From: Zygnema circumcarinatum SAG 698-1b
Lineage: Eukaryota > Plantae > Zygnematophyceae
Assembly (NCBI GenBank): GCA_037447605.1
Contig: CM074808.1
Span: 3,782,001 to 3,846,000 of the forward strand
Reading direction: 5' to 3'
Length of the DNA stretch: 64,000 nt
Part shown: piece after piece, positions 1 to 22,935 of the stretch
Numbering within the stretch: the stretch's first letter is position 1
How the letters are laid out: every line of letters begins with the position of its first letter
The notes under the pieces: model-generated
Seen by the model: the letters and a program-made list of their open reading frames with translations, nothing else
Database searches by the model: none
What the model was told of the DNA's origin: nothing
Position numbers and translations under genes: made by a program

Positions 1-288
1 TGGCAGCACCTGCATGGCGGCCACGCGGACAGGTCCGGATGGCGGCCGTCGGGGCGGGCGTGGCAGCACCTTGGGGCTCCGGCCTGCAGCCGTTCGGTAC
101 TCCCAGAAACATGCGTTTTTTTCTTATTAAAAATTTTAAGCATTTCGATTTTTAATTTAAAATACTCAGATCAATCAAGCATTCAAGACTCAGGTGAGTC
201 AAACTTACACTATTTAGACCCCTTTTAAATCCGAACCCGAAATAAACTTAGAGAATTTTACCATATTTTAAAAAGCGTAATAAAAAAA

Positions 289-320
289 CATGCATGCATG
301 CATGCATGCATTCCACGTGG
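289..320. promoter_or_regulatory. RY repeat (CATG)n directly abutting a G-box (CACGTG)
   Basis: Sequence reads catgcatgcatgcatgcatgcattccacgtgg; further CACGTG at ~396 and ~805. Function is inferred from motif identity only. Confidence 0.3.
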
Positions 321-1240
321 CTTCTCCAAAATTCCCCACCGTGATGACGCCTGCATTGGCGTCAGCATTTTCCCCTGCGACGTATCGCGCGTTGACACGT
401 GTCCCCGGAAGCCCAAAAAATCCACCGGAAATTCCAAAATTCACCAAAAATGAAAACAGAAATAGCCTGAATGCCGCATAGCTGGAGGCCCTCTCCATTT
501 TTTTTTCCTCCCCTTTTTTGTTTTTTTTTTTTTTTTTTTCTGAGTAAGTATAGAAGGGCGGCAAGGAGCGAGCGGGGGGACAACCTCGAATAAACGACAA
601 AAAATCGTTCCGTACAAGGTGGCAGCTTACGTCACCGGGGTCGAAATTCGGCGGCAATGTCGGTGCCGTACAAAAGGATCAGTACTGTACTAAACGACAA
701 AAAGTCTCTGTCCCAACGACCGGGACATACCTCATGGAACGCAGTTTAGCGTAGTCAATAACCAGGAAATACGGGCAGTTTTCTCCCCGCTGATTGGCTC
801 TCGCCACGTGTATTAAATAAATCCTTCCTTTTTTTTCCAATTGCCGTAAATTCCACGATAGACGACAAAACGGTACGGCATATTGACCGGGCGGCCTGTG
901 CCGCAACCAATCGGGAGCTGCCGAGTTTCAGAATTAACGGCTTGTGCGAAAGGGCGGCCAGTTTGTCGTTGTGCGTCCGCTGGCGGCATATCGGCAATAT
1001 CGCCAACGTATCGAGTTTGAAAAAGTCCAGACATATTCTGACATGAGACCAAGTTTGGCTCTAGAGAGATGAACAATTGCCCAACAAATCTTGCCTTAGC
1101 GCGTGACTCCCCTTCCAATACCCAACAACACCATGTTCCCTAGGAACAACATGCGTCCCCTAGCCCCATTTGCGCGGTTGTTGTTGTTGACTCTCATGAC
1201 CCATTCATGCCTGCCTACCTACCTGCCTGCTATCGCAACC

Positions 1241-4661
<3,421 letters not shown>

Positions 4662-5787
4662 GGCTCCAAGCGAGGTAGCTTCTTCCCTTGCAGGCACCTC
4701 GCAGGCTTCACATTCTCACTCTGAAAAAAAATCAAAATGAAAAAAGAAAAATCGAAACTAGTCCATGCTTTCCGCGATGTAAGTAGAAGAAGTGAAACAG
4801 AAGAAGTGTTTTCGGAACAAATTCCTGAGGCGAAATTTCTTACAATTTTTTTCCAGAATTTTCAAGCCCTAAAATTAAATGTTAAGGGAATGGAGAACGC
4901 AGATGAAGTGCGGGGATGAAGTGCGGGAGGAACGAATTCTTGGAGGTAAAAGTGGTGCTCTTAACGTTCGTAGATGAAGAAGGCACACCTCAAAATGTAC
5001 AGTCAGATATACTAGCCACGTGGACAAATCAGAGCGCATGACTTGCCACGTAGACAATAGTCGGCCGGCGACGATCGGTCAAACCGGCAAAATAGGGTGC
5101 CCAAATAGGGTGGCAACTTTTCAAGTGCGGCCCTAGAACCAGAGATTGTCCACTTTTGAAGGTGCCCATAGGCCCCAAAGGCTAGGGAACTTGCGCTAGA
5201 ACAACAAAGCAAAGAAAAGAAACAAGAAAAGAAACGAAACATTGGGGTTGAGCACAAAATGCGCACAGAGCCTCTGATTTGGTACATCTACGCTGGTCAA
5301 TTGAGGCTGCATTCGTTAAAAAATTCAAAATCTAATAGCATATTTTTACACAGGGCACTAGCCCAAATTTGTCAGAAACCAAAATTCATGAAAATTCGGG
5401 CACACCATCCCTAGAGACAGGCGTGGCGAACCACCGCCCCTTACAGAACAAGAGTCAATTTTCAAACCTAATAATGGACATGTCGCCCCTATGTCATACC
5501 GTGACACACTGTCACTTGTGTGACGTCACCCCTACAGTCACTCTAGGACCCTACTGACCACTCCTAGGCCATGTGTGCATATACCGCAACACCCATACAT
5601 ACATATTCACCACATAAATACATTTTAGTCGTACAGAACGGTACGGATCTATGGCCTATTATTCCTAACAAAACTATACCCTTCCAAGCACAAACACTTC
5701 CTTCTATGTTTAACAAACGCCGCACAAGGAAGGCCTTCCGTTCATGCCCAACTTGCTCCCCAACAACTTTCATGCCCTCCTTTGACC

Positions 5788-12415
<6,628 letters not shown>

Positions 12416-14242
12416 GGCGGCGACCAGTTCGCTGAGGCTTCAACCAGCCACGTGTCAGCTTCTGAATCGATCAAATTTGTGCCACGTGGCAGTCTTAGAA
12501 GGGTGCGCTAAACCTTCACAATGCCTTATTCAACTTTTTTCCGTCTCGCTGACTGCCCCTCCCTCATCCACTAAACTCCCCTCTCTCTCCCTCTCTCGTC
12601 CTCTCTCTCTCTCTCCCTTCTTTCCCCTTCTCCCTCTCCCTCTCCTTATCCCCCTCTCCCCCGCCTCCTCTCCACTCTCTGTATCACCCCTATCATCTCT
12701 CCTGCTGCTCCGCACTCTCCCCCTCCCTCTCCTCCACTCTTTCTCTCTTCCACTCCTCCCTCCCGCCCTCCCACTCCCTCTCTCTCCCTCCCTCTCTCCC
12801 TCCCCCTCGCCCTCTGTCTATCCCTCCCTCTCTCTCCGACTTCCTCCCTCTCTCTCCCCCTCTCCCTCTCCCTCTCNNNNNNNNNNCTCCCTCTCCCTCT
12901 CCCTCTCCCTCTCCCTCTCCCTCTCCCCCTCCCGCGTCCGTCCGTACAGCCCGGCCCCTCTGCGCCCCGCACTTGCCGCCATGGCGCGCCGACCGCATCG
13001 CCCGCCGGCCAGCGGGACGCGCCGACTTCGGGGAGGAAAAGGCTGGCGGGACCCACCGGATGACGAGCCCTGGACGGCACCGACTTTCACCGACATTTCT
13101 CCAATGTTCACCGACATTTTGACAAATGTGCATCCGGGCAAGATGAACGTATTACCTCATTATTGGTCGAAATTGAGGCTCGCGCGTGCGGATGGAGCCC
13201 CGGCAGAGTCCGCACGCTTTCGTGAACTGGAAAAAAAAAAAAATCGTCTGCCCGCCGGCTTGCTTGTCGCCACGTGGACAGTGCGCAGTGGGTCAGGCTG
13301 CGCAGGTGACGGCAACAGAACGGTCAGCACCGACAAAAGTTTCAGGTCAAAGAAACGGTCGCGATGAGTCCTTGAAATCGGTCGGCGCACTTCCCACCGT
13401 CCGATGCGATGCGATGCGCATTTTTCCATGGCGGAAGGAGGAAAGAGGCGGTTTACCGGGAAAAAACGACAAACCGTCCGAGACCAAGCGAGACCGCCGT
13501 TGACCCGTCCCGTCGTTTTCAAAAAAATTCAGCGCCTTGCACCGACATGCCACGTGGCATTGTGCGCTTTTATTGTACGAACATGTACAAACGTAAATCC
13601 GTACGCTGCTTTACACAAGACTGTACGAAAATTGCACGCGAGCGTTGACCTGGACATATAATGACGAATAATTTGCCAAAACCTATCGGAATATATTGGC
13701 GATAATATCGCAGGACGATACGATACATGCCGATATTCTAGCCACTCCCAGCTTTCTCTTTCCCTGCCCCTCTCTGCCTCTCCCTCCCTCCCACATTCTC
13801 TCCAACTCTCTCTCCCTCTCCCCCCTCTCTCCCTTCCTCTCCCTCTCTCCCTTTCTTCTGCCCTCTCCTGCCCTATCTCCTCCTCTCTCTCTTTCTTCCT
13901 CTCTCTTCTGCCCTCTCTCGCCCTCTCTTTCCCTCTCCCTCCCTCTCTCTCTCTCTCCCGCCCTCTCTCCCTCTCTCCCTCCTCAATAAGCCCTCCACTC
14001 TCCCCCCCTTCTTTCTCTTTCTCGCTTTATCTCCCTCCGCCCTCTCCCTCCCTCCCACTCTCTCCCCCGCGGTCCCTTCCGTCCCTTCAAACCCCTGCTC
14101 TCCCACTCCCCCCTCCTCCCCCTCCTCCCTCCTCACTCCCCCCCTCCTCCCATCACTCTCTCCACATTTTTTTCTTATTTTATAAATACCCATGTGACCA
14201 ATCTTCCTCCTGTTGCCCACATTCCCCGCTCCCTGGGCCCCA

Positions 14243-17200
14243 ATGGCTGCGAGGCTCTATGCGGTCCTCCTCGCCGTTGCAGTTACGTTCTACGGATTTC
14301 CTGTAACTGAAGCTTCAAGTGCCGCCACAGACGCCGCCGCGCTCTTGAGCTTCAAAGACGCCGTCAGCTCTGACCCTTTCAGTTTAACGGCGAGCTGGAC
14401 TACAGAGAACGGCCTGTGCGACTGGGCAGGAATTGTGTGCACGGAACAGCGTGTTACAGGGCTCAACTTTTCGCTTGCAGGCCTGGAGGGCCTTTTGGTT
14501 GACCAACTCCAAAACCTTGACCGGCTAACCATCCTCTCCCTCAATGGAAACAAACTGAAGGGCTCCATTCCGAGTGGTTTGGGAGGACTCAAAACCCTAA
14601 AAATTCTCGACCTTTCGGAGAATCAACTTTCCGGGACCCTTCCGAGTTCTCTCTGCTCCCTCACTTCACTTGAATATCTCGACTTTTCGAGTAACAAGCT
14701 CGGCCAGAAGCTTCCGGAAGATATCGGAAATTTGACAAAGTTGAGATACTTCAATGTGAGGCAGAACTACTTTACAGGTCCAATTCCAGAGTCGCTGTGG
14801 AACATGACTTTTTTGGAGACTCTTGATCTCTCTATCAACTCCTTCACGGGTGAGATCTCTCCCGCAGTCGGAAACTTAAAGAATGTGTCGAATTTGATGC
14901 TGAATTCGAACCGCTTAACAGGATCAATCCCTTTAGAGATCACCAAATGCAATGCCAGTTTGAGTGAACTAGATTTGAGTGAAAATTTCTTGAGCGGAAA
15001 TTTGACACATATTGACTGGTCGATCTTCGCCAACCTCTACTCCTTCAATATGGGGGATAATAACTTTTATGGACCCCTTCCCTCGGGACTCGGTGACATT
15101 GAAGGACTCACTTTTCTCTATTTGAATTTGAACAATTTCAGTGGACCCATTCCCAATGATCTTAGTCATCTCCAAAACATTCAAGTCATTGACATGAGTG
15201 ACAATCCCCTGAATACGACCCTGAACCCTAACCTTTCCTTCTGCCAGACCTTAGAAACCCTTCTCCTCAACAATGCAAGTCTCTATGGGACCCTTCCTTC
15301 ACAATATTACAACTGGTCGAGCATGGTTCAGCTTCTGCTCCAAGACAACAACCTTTCAGGGGAATTGCCGGAAAAATTCGGTGCCTGCTGCTTCAACGTA
15401 TTGTTGAACTTCACAAACAACTTGTTTGAGGGTTCGATACCTAAAAGTTGGGTAGAAGATAACGAAGGTTTTGTGACTTTATGGCTCTCAAACAACAGAC
15501 TCTCCGGACCCTTACCGGAAGGCTTTGGAAGAAACTCCTCCTTGACAGAGTTTCACATTGATAACAACTTCATTTCGGGACCTCTCCCTTCCCCTCCCTC
15601 TCTCTCTCTCCGGATACTCAGTGCCCGGAACAACCTCCTGAATGGCAGCATTCCTGCAAAGCTCTTTGATGGGAACGTGACTTTGATTGACCTCTCTTAT
15701 AATAACTTATCCGGACCCATTCCTTCACTTGGCACTAATCTCAATGACTTAGAGTCTTTAAACTTAGCTCATAACATGTTCAATGGAACTGTTCCAGCAG
15801 CTCTCTTTCAATACCGGGGCCTTGTTACAGTCGACCTCTCTTACAATGAGATTTCTGAAATCTCAATTCCAGCAGAGGGTAACGGCAATCTCACTTTTCT
15901 TAGCCTCTCTAACAATCACATTACTTCTTTCCCTCAAGCAATAGCGAAGTTTCCTAAGCTGGCCAGTCTAGAGATGAGCAACAACCTCATGAATGGAAGC
16001 ATCCCCTCTGAACTTGCTACCATCTCCTCTCTCAACCTTCTCTCACTATCCAATAACAGTCTGACAGGTGGCATTCCTCCAGAGATAGGCAACTTGTCCC
16101 TCCTCTCCGTCCTTCATCTAGACAGAAACTCTCTCTCAGGGAGCATTCCCCCATCTCTCGGAGAGTTAACCAACCTGCTTGAGCTCAAGTTGAACCACAA
16201 CTTTCTCTCAGGAGAAATTCCATCAAGTCTCGGAAACCTCTCAAGGCTCACAGTTTTGGACCTCTCTTCTAACTCACTCAACGGGTCAATTCCAGGAATT
16301 CTTTCAGGCTTAGACTACTTAGAAGAAGCCGATTTTTCAAGTAACTTTTTGTCAGGACCCATCCCCATAGGCAACCTCACTGTTCTTAATGCCTCCTCTT
16401 TCTCCAACAATAGTGCTCTCTGTGATGCTCCTCTCCCTCACTGCCCTCCTCCTCCAAGCAAACCCTACCACTTACCAGCCGGAGCAATTGCTGGAATTGC
16501 AATAGGAGCTGCAATAGCAGGGGCTCTCTTCATAATATTAGGGGGTCTCCTCTGCCTTCATTTGCGGCGGATGGGTCCGGATGGAGGGGAGCTTGTTCTT
16601 TATCACAGCTTACCATTCACACTTACTTATAAAGATCTACTGAAGGCAACGGATAATTGGTCGGAATCCATGCTGCTCGGAGTCGGCGGGTTCGGATCAG
16701 TTTACAAGTGAGTGCAATTAGAGACTTTTTTCTATAGCTGATTTCATATTTCATGCATGGGCATATTCCATTTTTGCGCTTTCCCAGATCTTCTTCTTCC
16801 TCCTTTTCTCATATTTAATGTATGTGCTGCTTCTTCTGCAGAGGGATTCTCTCTGATGGAGAGACTATTGTAGCCATTAAGAGGTTGGCTCAGGGCAGCA
16901 GTCAAGGGGTGGCTGAGCTCAAAATGGAAGTGAAAGTTTTAGGGCAGCTCAAGCACAGAAACCTTGTGAAGCTTCTTGGAAGTTACATCAGCGAGAAGGA
17001 AGCTCTCCTCATATATGAATTTCTTCCTGGAGGAGACCTTGAAAGCTACCTTTATGGCGATAAGAAGGTCTTCAAGGAGTGGGTAGTGAGGCACAATGTT
17101 CTTCTAGGAGCCGCCAAAGGTTTCAAATATCTTCACCTTGATGTGAACCCCGCTGTGATTCACAGAGACATCAAACCTCCCAACATTCTGTTAGATGATA

Positions 17201-17640
17201 ACCAAGAATCTCACGTTGCAGATTTCGGATTAGCGCGAGAGTTCGATGTGAATGCAGCGACTCACCTCTCTACAAACGTTTCCGGAACGGTGGGATATAT
17301 GGCATTGGAGTACATTCAAAGCGGAAGATTGTCAACAAAAACTGATGTTTTTGCATTTGGAATTGTCATTCTTCAAGTTGTGACAGGGAAGAGGCCCACA
17401 GATCGGAGCATAGGGGAGGCGGGACTTGCAAAGTGGGTGAGTCAACTGTGGATCAAAAACTCCGCGATCGAAGCGGTGGATCCGAAAATGGCATTGAGTG
17501 AGGACGAGGTGGGTCAAGTCCTGGGAACTTTGAAATTAGGGCTGATGTGTACCTCCAGGCAGCCGGAGGACCGGCCCACCATGGCGGAAGTTGTCCACTT
17601 GCTGGAACACATCGACATGTTTGATACAAAAATCGAATGA
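14243..17640 (+). CDS. Long LRR receptor-like kinase (~27 LRRs, RD kinase; kinase domain resembles LRR-X EMS1/PSKR/BRI1-type), two exons 14243-16707 and 16842-17640
   Basis: Signal peptide MAARLYAVLLAVAV, N-cap LLSFK..SW..CDWAGIVC, about 27 plant-specific LRRs counted by eye, C-cap NNSALCDAPLPHC, TM helix, LGVGGFGSVYK|G with a phase-2 GT-AG intron, VAIKRL, HRNLVKLLG, IHRDIKPPNILLD, DFG. Confidence 0.95.
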
Positions 17641-18294
17641 ACGAATGATCAAACGGTTTTTAGGGATCTTTAAATTTGTAGCATATTGGATGGATGGATG
17701 GAGGCGATGGGATGGTTGCAGAGTTTAAAGAGTTTATAGAGTAAATGTGGTAAGGTTTTCGGTTTCTTTCTTAGGTAATTGAGTTTTACGGAGGACTGGT
17801 CCTCATTCAGAGTGTCTCTGATTGGCATCTCAGAGACTCTTTATTTGTTAACTTTAAATTATTGACATGTGGCGAAAGATGCTTGCCACGGAAGTGATTG
17901 ATCATAATCAGCAGTCATCATTCTTTCAGTTTTTTAACGAAACAGAAACAAATACAACACAATAAATGTGAATAAGCTCCTCATTTAATTACAATCATTC
18001 GAAGGTCCTGCGAAAACGACAATTATTCAAAGAAAAAAACTAGGCAGGAAATGTAACGTATGCACAGTCCCTTACTTTACTCTGAGTCTGGATGGATCCA
18101 ACGTTGGATTAGCTCAAATTCTGATCAGTGACACAAAAATGGAGTGAATTGTTTATAATATACACCCCTGAATGTTCAGAGTTTTGAGCCTCCCTCTACA
18201 AATGTTGCTGCAAAACTCTCGTCAAGGTTCGCCCCTGCAAAACACAAAAAAACAATCAAAGTCAGACCAGCAACTGACTACTGCCACATAGAAC

Positions 18295-20073
18295 TCAAAG
18301 CTGCGTTTAATGAAAACTTAAGCAGGACCTGAACCTGAAACAGTCCACATAGAAGCACAGACAGACAGTAGCCAGCCATTTTGAAAAACTCACAAATGCT
18401 TTAAAGCGCTCGCTCACACGTTCGGTTGCAACCGCCACTGGAATGAGAAGGTCCTCCTCGAGCACCATATGTATGGCGTCTTCGTTATCTAAAGAAACAA
18501 AGAAAAGTGTCTTTAAAGCGAGCCCCTGTGCGAGGGGGCTTCCAGCTTCAAGCACGGACCCTATCCCTGCTATCCCTCCCAGCATTATCACCTTAAATCG
18601 CGCCCTGGAAAACTTCACAAGCTGCAATAAGAGCGCCATGGAATCTTCCACAAATCTCCCACTTGGGTCTTCTTCAATAACGTTAAAAATAGCTTCTACA
18701 CAGCCCAAACTGACTAACTGATCTTGCCCCACCTCCTCCAATGTCAATTGTAGGAGCCCGCAAGTCAAGTCCTTATGTGCTCTCTCCGAGACTATCTCCT
18801 TTCCTATAAGTCCCACAAAAAGTGATACGATGTCGGTTGTAAGAAGAAGCTGCCTGGTTTCCTTCGCCAAAGCTAAGCTCGATATGAGCCCAATGCAGGT
18901 CTCCACACTCGGACACAAAGAATCACCACCTCCCTCTGTACAATTAAAGATTGCCGCTTGCAGCTCAGACATCAAATACTTCAACCCCCCCTCATTCACA
19001 ATCTCTTCCTTCAATTCGGGCTCCAAAGATAAGTTCAAAAGAGCGATTATTGCCAGCTCGGTCACGTCACACTTGGCCCCCGAGCCGAGAATATCAAGTA
19101 GGGTTTTAATGGCTCCAAGTTCTGCAAGCTTCAGGCGAGTCCCTCTTGAAGTGCGAGAGTGCTCTCGAATCTTCTCAACAGCGGTACACTGATCGATGCA
19201 TGGCTCTCTCCTTTGGGAGGAGGAGCCTCCTCCTCCTCCTCCTCCTCCTCCCATTCGTTCTTGAGCTCCCGCACTCTCTCTCTCACCTTCACTACCACTC
19301 CCTCCAGGGAGGAGGGGCACATCGGAGACCCCCCTCCAGTTCTTTCCGAACACATAGTCTCGGAACGAGCTCTTTCTTCTCATCCGCTTCCCTCCTTCCT
19401 CACTCACTTCCGCCGCCTCCAACAGCCTCTCCAGCTCTCTCTCGTCTCCCTCCCACCGGACCTCCTCCCTCACTCCCGCCTCCGACTTCGCTCTCCTCGC
19501 CATTGCGCTCTGCCGGCTCCGCAGGGCCATGGCTGACATCGCTTTCCGCAGCGTCCTTCCCTCTTCCACTCCCTCCGCCTCTCCCTCTCCCTTCCGTTCG
19601 CCCTCCTCTCCCTCCTCCCCCCACCACGCCTGACTTAGCCTCTCTGGAACCGTTTGCTGATGAAGAGTACTTTGCATGCTTTGAATGAAGGACTTTGCAA
19701 CTTGCAGTGAGGACTGCCTCGCGTGAGTTGAAAGGATTGAGTTCAGGCGTTTGTCATCCTCAAAGTTGCCTACGCTCAATGATTTCACTGAACTCTCCCT
19801 CTCCCTCTCCCTCTCACTCTCCCTCACCCTCTCCCTCTCCCTCTCCCTCTCACTCTCCCTCACCCTCTCCCTCTCCATCTCCCTCTCCCTCTCCCTCTTC
19901 CGCTCCCTCTCCCTCTCCTTCTCTCTCCCTCTCTTTCCCTCCCTCTCGCTCTTGCTCTTGCTGGGGAGACCAAGCTGCATGAGATCATCGGGATCGTCTG
20001 CCACGTGGAACGCCGGCCGGAAAAAAAGGCAACCCATGGAGGCGCCGCCACTGGGGGAATTCCATGAGGCCAT
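18295..20073 (-). CDS. Armadillo (ARM)-repeat protein related to plant U-box proteins but with no recognisable U-box
   Basis: Open frame from MASWNSPSGG through a charged low-complexity region into ARM repeats (AVEKIREHSR..LAELGAIKTLLDIL..TELAIIALLNLSLEPELKEEIVNEGGL). 3' end is either a spliced KAF|L* or read-through to 18307. Confidence 0.8.
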
Positions 20074-22935
20074 GGTTCCGTCGTCCGTTGAATGGAAAAG
20101 TACGGCACAGAGAATGGGGGGGTAGGGAAAGAAAGGGAGTGGAGAGGGAGAGGAGGATAGGAGAGGAGGAGAGGGAGAGAAGGAGAGGAAGCGCAAAATG
20201 GGAGAGGGACGATAGAAGGGGAGACGGAGAGGGGAACCGAGAAGGGAGGGGTGGATAGAGGGGAGAAATAAAAGAAGGTGGGAGAGAGAAAGGAAGAAGG
20301 AAACAAATAGTATGTAATTCGCGTGTGTGCGAGAGAGAGACAAAGAGAGAGAGAGAGACGGAGAGAGAGGAGAGGGAGAGAGAGAGGAGAGGAAGAGAGA
20401 GGAGAGGGAGAGAGAGAAGGGGGGAGAGAGATAGAGAAAGGGGAGAGACAGAGGGAGAGACTTGGCGAGGGCGAAGTCATTGTGCAGAGGGTCGTAGGTC
20501 GGTCGCCAACGTAGGGGAGCGTAGTCCGTACAAACTATTTCATTGGCGGTTTCCAAACCGACAAACCGACCTTTGGAATAGGCGGTTTTCAAATATTTGC
20601 TCTTTGCCACTCAGAAGGCGACACCTGGCATACAGTTTGTCGGTAATCTTAGTGCTTGTCCCTAAACGACAGATTTACGTCGGCAAGAAGAAGCTTCTCG
20701 GAACCTTTTTTGCCGGAGAAAACAACAATAAATGCGGCAACTGCTGTTCGTACAATACGGCAACCGACAAGTCGGTGACTCCGAGTCACGGTACTAATTA
20801 TCTAAAAAATGTAGATAAAGACACACCGAAAGTATTTTCTTTCACGTGGAACATCTTCTCTCAGCCAATGAGGTTTCTCTTTGTTGCCTAGAATCACACC
20901 GTTTGGAGCCTAAAATGAAAGACGGGCACAGCGGTTCTGCGAGGCCCGGCGGGGTCGTACGGATTCAGAACGTGCCGTTCTCTGCGGGTGTACGGATGGA
21001 GAGGTTCCTCGAAGAGGCAAGAGGAACAGCTGGCGGGAGTCCATTGGACGGGAGATATGGCTAAAAAAAAAAAAAGTAGCTGCGGAATCGTCAACATCAA
21101 CACATGAATACGCGGCATAATTTGATTGGGCGAATGACGAGTTTTGAGCCCTTCGTCAGAAAACGTACTCTGCAGTTGTTGTAGGAGCGAAAGATTGATA
21201 CAATCATTACTAATTTTGAAAATATCTTGACAAAACGTTCCGAGATACGCGACCGACCTTTTTATTTTTAGAAACTAGCTGAAGTCAACGGTTTTGTCCT
21301 CTAGCGTAAGGGACAGCCGTGCAGCTTGAAGACATTTTTGGCATGGACTGTTTTTAATCCAGGCGCCAACGCGCGCACGTGTGACACGTGGCGACTTGTT
21401 ATTGGAGGTTGTATGCGCGCCAGCTTGAGACGAACAGCTAGTTTATAGGCTATATGACACGTCACGATCGGCCGATAGTGAGCGTACGGATGCCGTTCAG
21501 GCTCTAATGGCGCATTTCGGTTTCGTACAATCGTACAAACAGATCGTTTTTTAGCCCAAATTTTGGAACTACTGTAAATCCATATGGGATCCGTCAACAA
21601 AACTGATAACTATTCAGATTCGTACAGCTGGCATGTAGGGATGAATTCTGGGGCACTTCACATATGACGTAGCATTTAGTCGTTACACCATGAACTGCAG
21701 TCCCCAACAATCAGTACGGACAGCCGGGCGGCAATCTGTCTCTAGTGCCAGCTGAGCCCGCGGCCGAACGGCGCGCGGCCATTGGCCCTTTCGGCGGCCC
21801 AAAACGCCAAAAGTGCCGGCAAACTGGTCCGTACGTTGCGCCATGTATGACGTCAGCACGCACAGACAAGTGGCCGGCCGGTGTTGCCAGCACGGAAGGG
21901 ACGGGGCCCCGGCAAGTGGCGGCGGCTGCAACGGCCACGTTGCAATCAGCCGCCCGTTGACTTTATATAATGTTATGATGAGTACAGTGGCATATGTCGC
22001 ATCATTTGACTTAGTTGGGAAACGTGGCCGTCGTCCACTGGTCCTTCTTCCGGGATTTATGGAAGACGAGATTTCGAATCTTTTCTGCACGGGAGCGTAC
22101 GAACGCATTGATTTTAGTCTAGGGACAAAACGGCGACGCGCATCGTTTGTACGGCTGCTGCGGAGTGAAGATCTGGACGGGATCTTTGGGAGATCCGGTA
22201 TCGAATCGGTTTTCTTGACGTGGCGATATATTAGTGGTAGGAATCGGATCGTGCGTATGTATCTATCTCGCCCTTTGATCATCGATAGTGTCGGCGTTTG
22301 TCGGCAGATACCGAAACCTGTCGTTAACTTTCACCACAATTATTATTGACCATTCATATCACGCCACGTCCTGCCAGACCATTTCTATGTATAAACTGCA
22401 TCGTCGAACGACCAGTCTCAGTTTCAGTTCCAGTTGCAGTCCCCGCTCTCCTAGACGTTGTCGTAACAGTTAGTCAACTGGACATAGAACAAGTCAACGA
22501 TCTAGTCAACGTGATGATGGGTGCTTGTTGACCATGGCCGACCAAGGACCCCTGTTGTGAAATTGCGAACCATGAAATCCAAAGGCCCCAACGAAGAAAG
22601 CAGCGCACCGCGATCAACATTCAAAGGACCCACATTGTTCATGTTCATGGAACCATTACGTTACATGTGACAAATGTCACACAATTGGAACCTATATTGT
22701 GATACTCATCGCTAGGGCAATGGCCTATTACTCACCTATTAACAGTCTCCTAAGTCCCCCCTTCCCCTCCCCCAACATGCGAACCCTAGACCTATGAGCT
22801 CGCATGTTGTACAAACACTATCCAAGAATCTCAATGAATTGAATCCCCCAAATAGAAACCGAGTTCTTTACAAAGGCTCCCACCCAGTTCCCATACATAA
22901 ACCCAGAACCCTCCCCTTCCCTTCCCATATCCCCC

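Noticed and set aside
1-113. Possible first coding exon of a minus-strand gene running off the window start
   Set aside because: GC-rich and open from an ATG near 113, but too short to identify; not supportable.
21683-22349. Overlapping 180-200 aa ORFs on both strands in the ARM-ABC1K3 intergenic region
   Set aside because: No domain motifs, alternative start codons and no splice context; could be a TE remnant but no termini were found.
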